Positions 61,633 to 64,000 of a stretch of DNA of 64,000 bases are shown in pieces (the stretch's first letter is position 1; every line of letters starts with the position of its first letter). Both the position numbers and the translations under genes were made by a program. Below the pieces are notes generated by a model. That model worked only from the letters and a program-made list of their open reading frames with translations, ran no database searches and was not told the origin of the DNA. This DNA is from the human T2T-CHM13v2.0 reference genome, Homo sapiens: the NCBI RefSeq assembly GCF_009914755.1, contig NC_060927.1; one strand, written 5' to 3'.

Positions 61633-64000
61633 AAGATTGTCTTTATTCGTTCACTGGATGTCCTGGACAAGTTGAGCATTGGGGACAGACAGGCATAACA
61701 GGCAGCTTCTCCCCTGAAGAACTCACTGCCACGCTCTGCTCCTGCTTGCAGGCTTCCTTACCCTAGCTGTGCGAATTGAGATTGTGCATGTTGCACCTAT
61801 GGTTTTCCAAAAAAAAAAAAAAAAAAAAAGAAAAAAAATTCTAGAAAATGACCAATGGGCATGAAAAGAACTTTAATATAGGGTTGGCAGAGAGGATATT
61901 ACTCCCTAGTTCAGGTTAGTGAAAAGAGAATTTGCACAATGTAAGTGGCCTGCCAGAGGTCCCAAGAAGCTACCACTGTGATTGCTATTTTATTTAGAGA
62001 TTGTAAATATTGACAAATTGCAATTAAATTTCCCAGCTCTCCTTTTATGTCAGCAATAATGACACTGAAGATCTGGTTAAAATTAGTTACTTCATTTGCA
62101 TTTATTTTGTTAATCATTCGTTCCTTATAAACTGGAATATTTTCTTATCTCAGCAAATAAAGATAGCATCAACACTAAAAGAGATAAAAGCTTAAATCTA
62201 TACTAGTTTCCACTTATTCAAAAGTAAAGGCAGTGTTTTGTCATCTTAGGTATTTAATTTCTTGGATCAAAGGGGAGTTTCGTCTTCCTTACATAAAATA
62301 GGTGATGAGAAAAGAAAAGAAACAATTATTTTTGGTTTGTTTGTAAAAATACCTTATACTCTATCAGTTACTTACATTGAGCCTCTCTTAAGAAAAAGAT
62401 TCTCAGTTATTTGCATAGATGTATTAGCTGTGAAACTAATGTAATGATTCACATACCTGTATTAGCTGTGAAACTCTGCAGCAATAATTTATTGGTAAAT
62501 TTCATCCCCCAAGACTGGGCACAGCAGTAAATTCCCATCATCTTGATACTTTCATATGCCTACCACTTGGTCACAGTAGCAACTATTTGAAATCACCAAA
62601 AACATCAAAAGATTATACCATCAACTCCTTGTGCTTTGTTGTTTTTATTTTTGTCTTCAGCTGTCTAGGAAACTACTGTAATATAAAATGGCACTCATGA
62701 CCAGATGGTAGAGGAGGGAGTGGGGTTTGTGTGGGAAAGAGGATGGGGCCAACCAGCATCAAATGCCTCCTGGGTCCCAGGACTGTACTAGACACTTTAA
62801 ACACATTATCTAATTTAATTCTTCTAACAACATATAGAGGTAGGTATAATTGCTCTCAATTTACCAATGACAAGCCCTGAACTGAAAGCTCTAGACATGA
62901 GATCTCCAGGCTTATGGCAGCTTGAGCTGAGTGGAACCCAGGTTGAATAAATCTTGCACCCAGTACTTACTGAGTAGGTTGATGGAAAGTTGTTTCCATG
63001 TGTGCTGTTTTGTTATGGTTTTCCTTTTGCAGTGAAGAAGGTATTAGTTCCCATAAAAGACCTTTCTCCAACTGTGGTAATTTGAATATGTAAATCCACC
63101 TTTCTGTCAGGCTTACTTGAGGGCAAGACATTTATAAAGAAATGATCACACAGCCCACAAGAGTTACTTGGAGCCTTAAGGAGCCTTAAGTTAATGATCT
63201 CACATTCTCTTGACTTGGGAGACAACTGCATTTTAACTCACAAATAGCCACATTTAAAAAAACAGCAAACAAAATTTCTCAAAAGTTAAGAAAGCACATA
63301 AGGCTGTAGAGTAGCCTTACTTGTATTAACTAAAAAAAAAAAAAAAAAAAAACCAGTTGTCATTTTGTTTTGCTTTGCCAATTAAATGCTCCGCTTGTCT
63401 AGCAAGAAATAATCATCATCTTTACTGGTTTCTAGAGACAGCCTTGGGATTTTCTTTGGTGTGGGTGTGTGGGTGTGTGTGTGTGTGTCCTGCACCTTCA
63501 CATTCAAATGCCTCTGTGTGTGTTGTGATTTCCAAACATGGGATTGGGACACATGGACTGCAAAAGGATTTTGTCTGATTTGTGAATTTATTTACAGGTG
63601 AACATCTTAAGATGTTCCACTTCAGTATTTAAAACGATAAATAAACACAAAAAGTCCTACCTGTTCTGACAAGGGTGAAATCAGGGATTGGTACAGCAAG
63701 GGTCACTAATACCTATATACACTAACGTGTGGTTTGCGTATGGAGCATCACTCCTAACTTTTGTGACATTGGAGGTTTTACTATATTTAATAGTCACACA
63801 GATCAGTGTTGATAAAAATGTAGTATTTTAGCAATCAGATGTGTTTTTTCTCTCTGCCTTCAACTTCATGCTTTAGCAATATCAGACTATTTATAGCTTT
63901 CTATAGCTTTTTGAACACTAGAGTGGAGAGGTGGACAATGTAGGCTTCAAAAACCTCATTCCTGGTTTGGCCTGAACTCTGTGGCTTAATAGCTATAGGA

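Noticed and set aside
62420-62475. Repeat-spacer-repeat as a CRISPR-like array
   Set aside because: Only two copies, human DNA, no cas genes.
63171-63190. Short tandem duplications (GAGCCTTAAG x2; similar at about 26464 and 19226)
   Set aside because: Ordinary slippage duplications.

Overview
Human genomic DNA; the window carries a human-specific L1HS element. It is most likely 3q25 at the 5' end of IQCJ / IQCJ-SCHIP1, recognised from memory by a short exon ending ATG-CGT-CTG|GT (Met-Arg-Leu) at 23235-23243. About 23 kb is upstream sequence and about 41 kb is intron 1. Most ORF-track entries are repeat-derived or spurious. The main content is retrotransposon biology. (1) A full-length L1HS-Ta1d (49155-55195, minus strand) has intact ORF1, ORF2 and ORF0 and a 14-bp target-site duplication (TSD). 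(2) An older L1PA3/PA2 copy 10.45 kb away in the same orientation has lost exactly a 524-nt GT..AG intron from its 5'UTR, so it is a spliced retrotransposed element (SpIRE). (3) These two neighbours share several non-consensus variants in short patches, which points to local gene conversion into the young L1 or to an assembly artefact. (4) A 5'-truncated L1PA2 carries a ~34-bp 3' transduction. Also present: a complete THE1A provirus nested in an Alu monomer, a MADE1 extended into a 50-bp-stem hairpin, and ordinary Alu/MIR/L2/MaLR repeats. I found no new protein-coding system. Subfamily calls rely on recalled consensus sequences, not on a database search.
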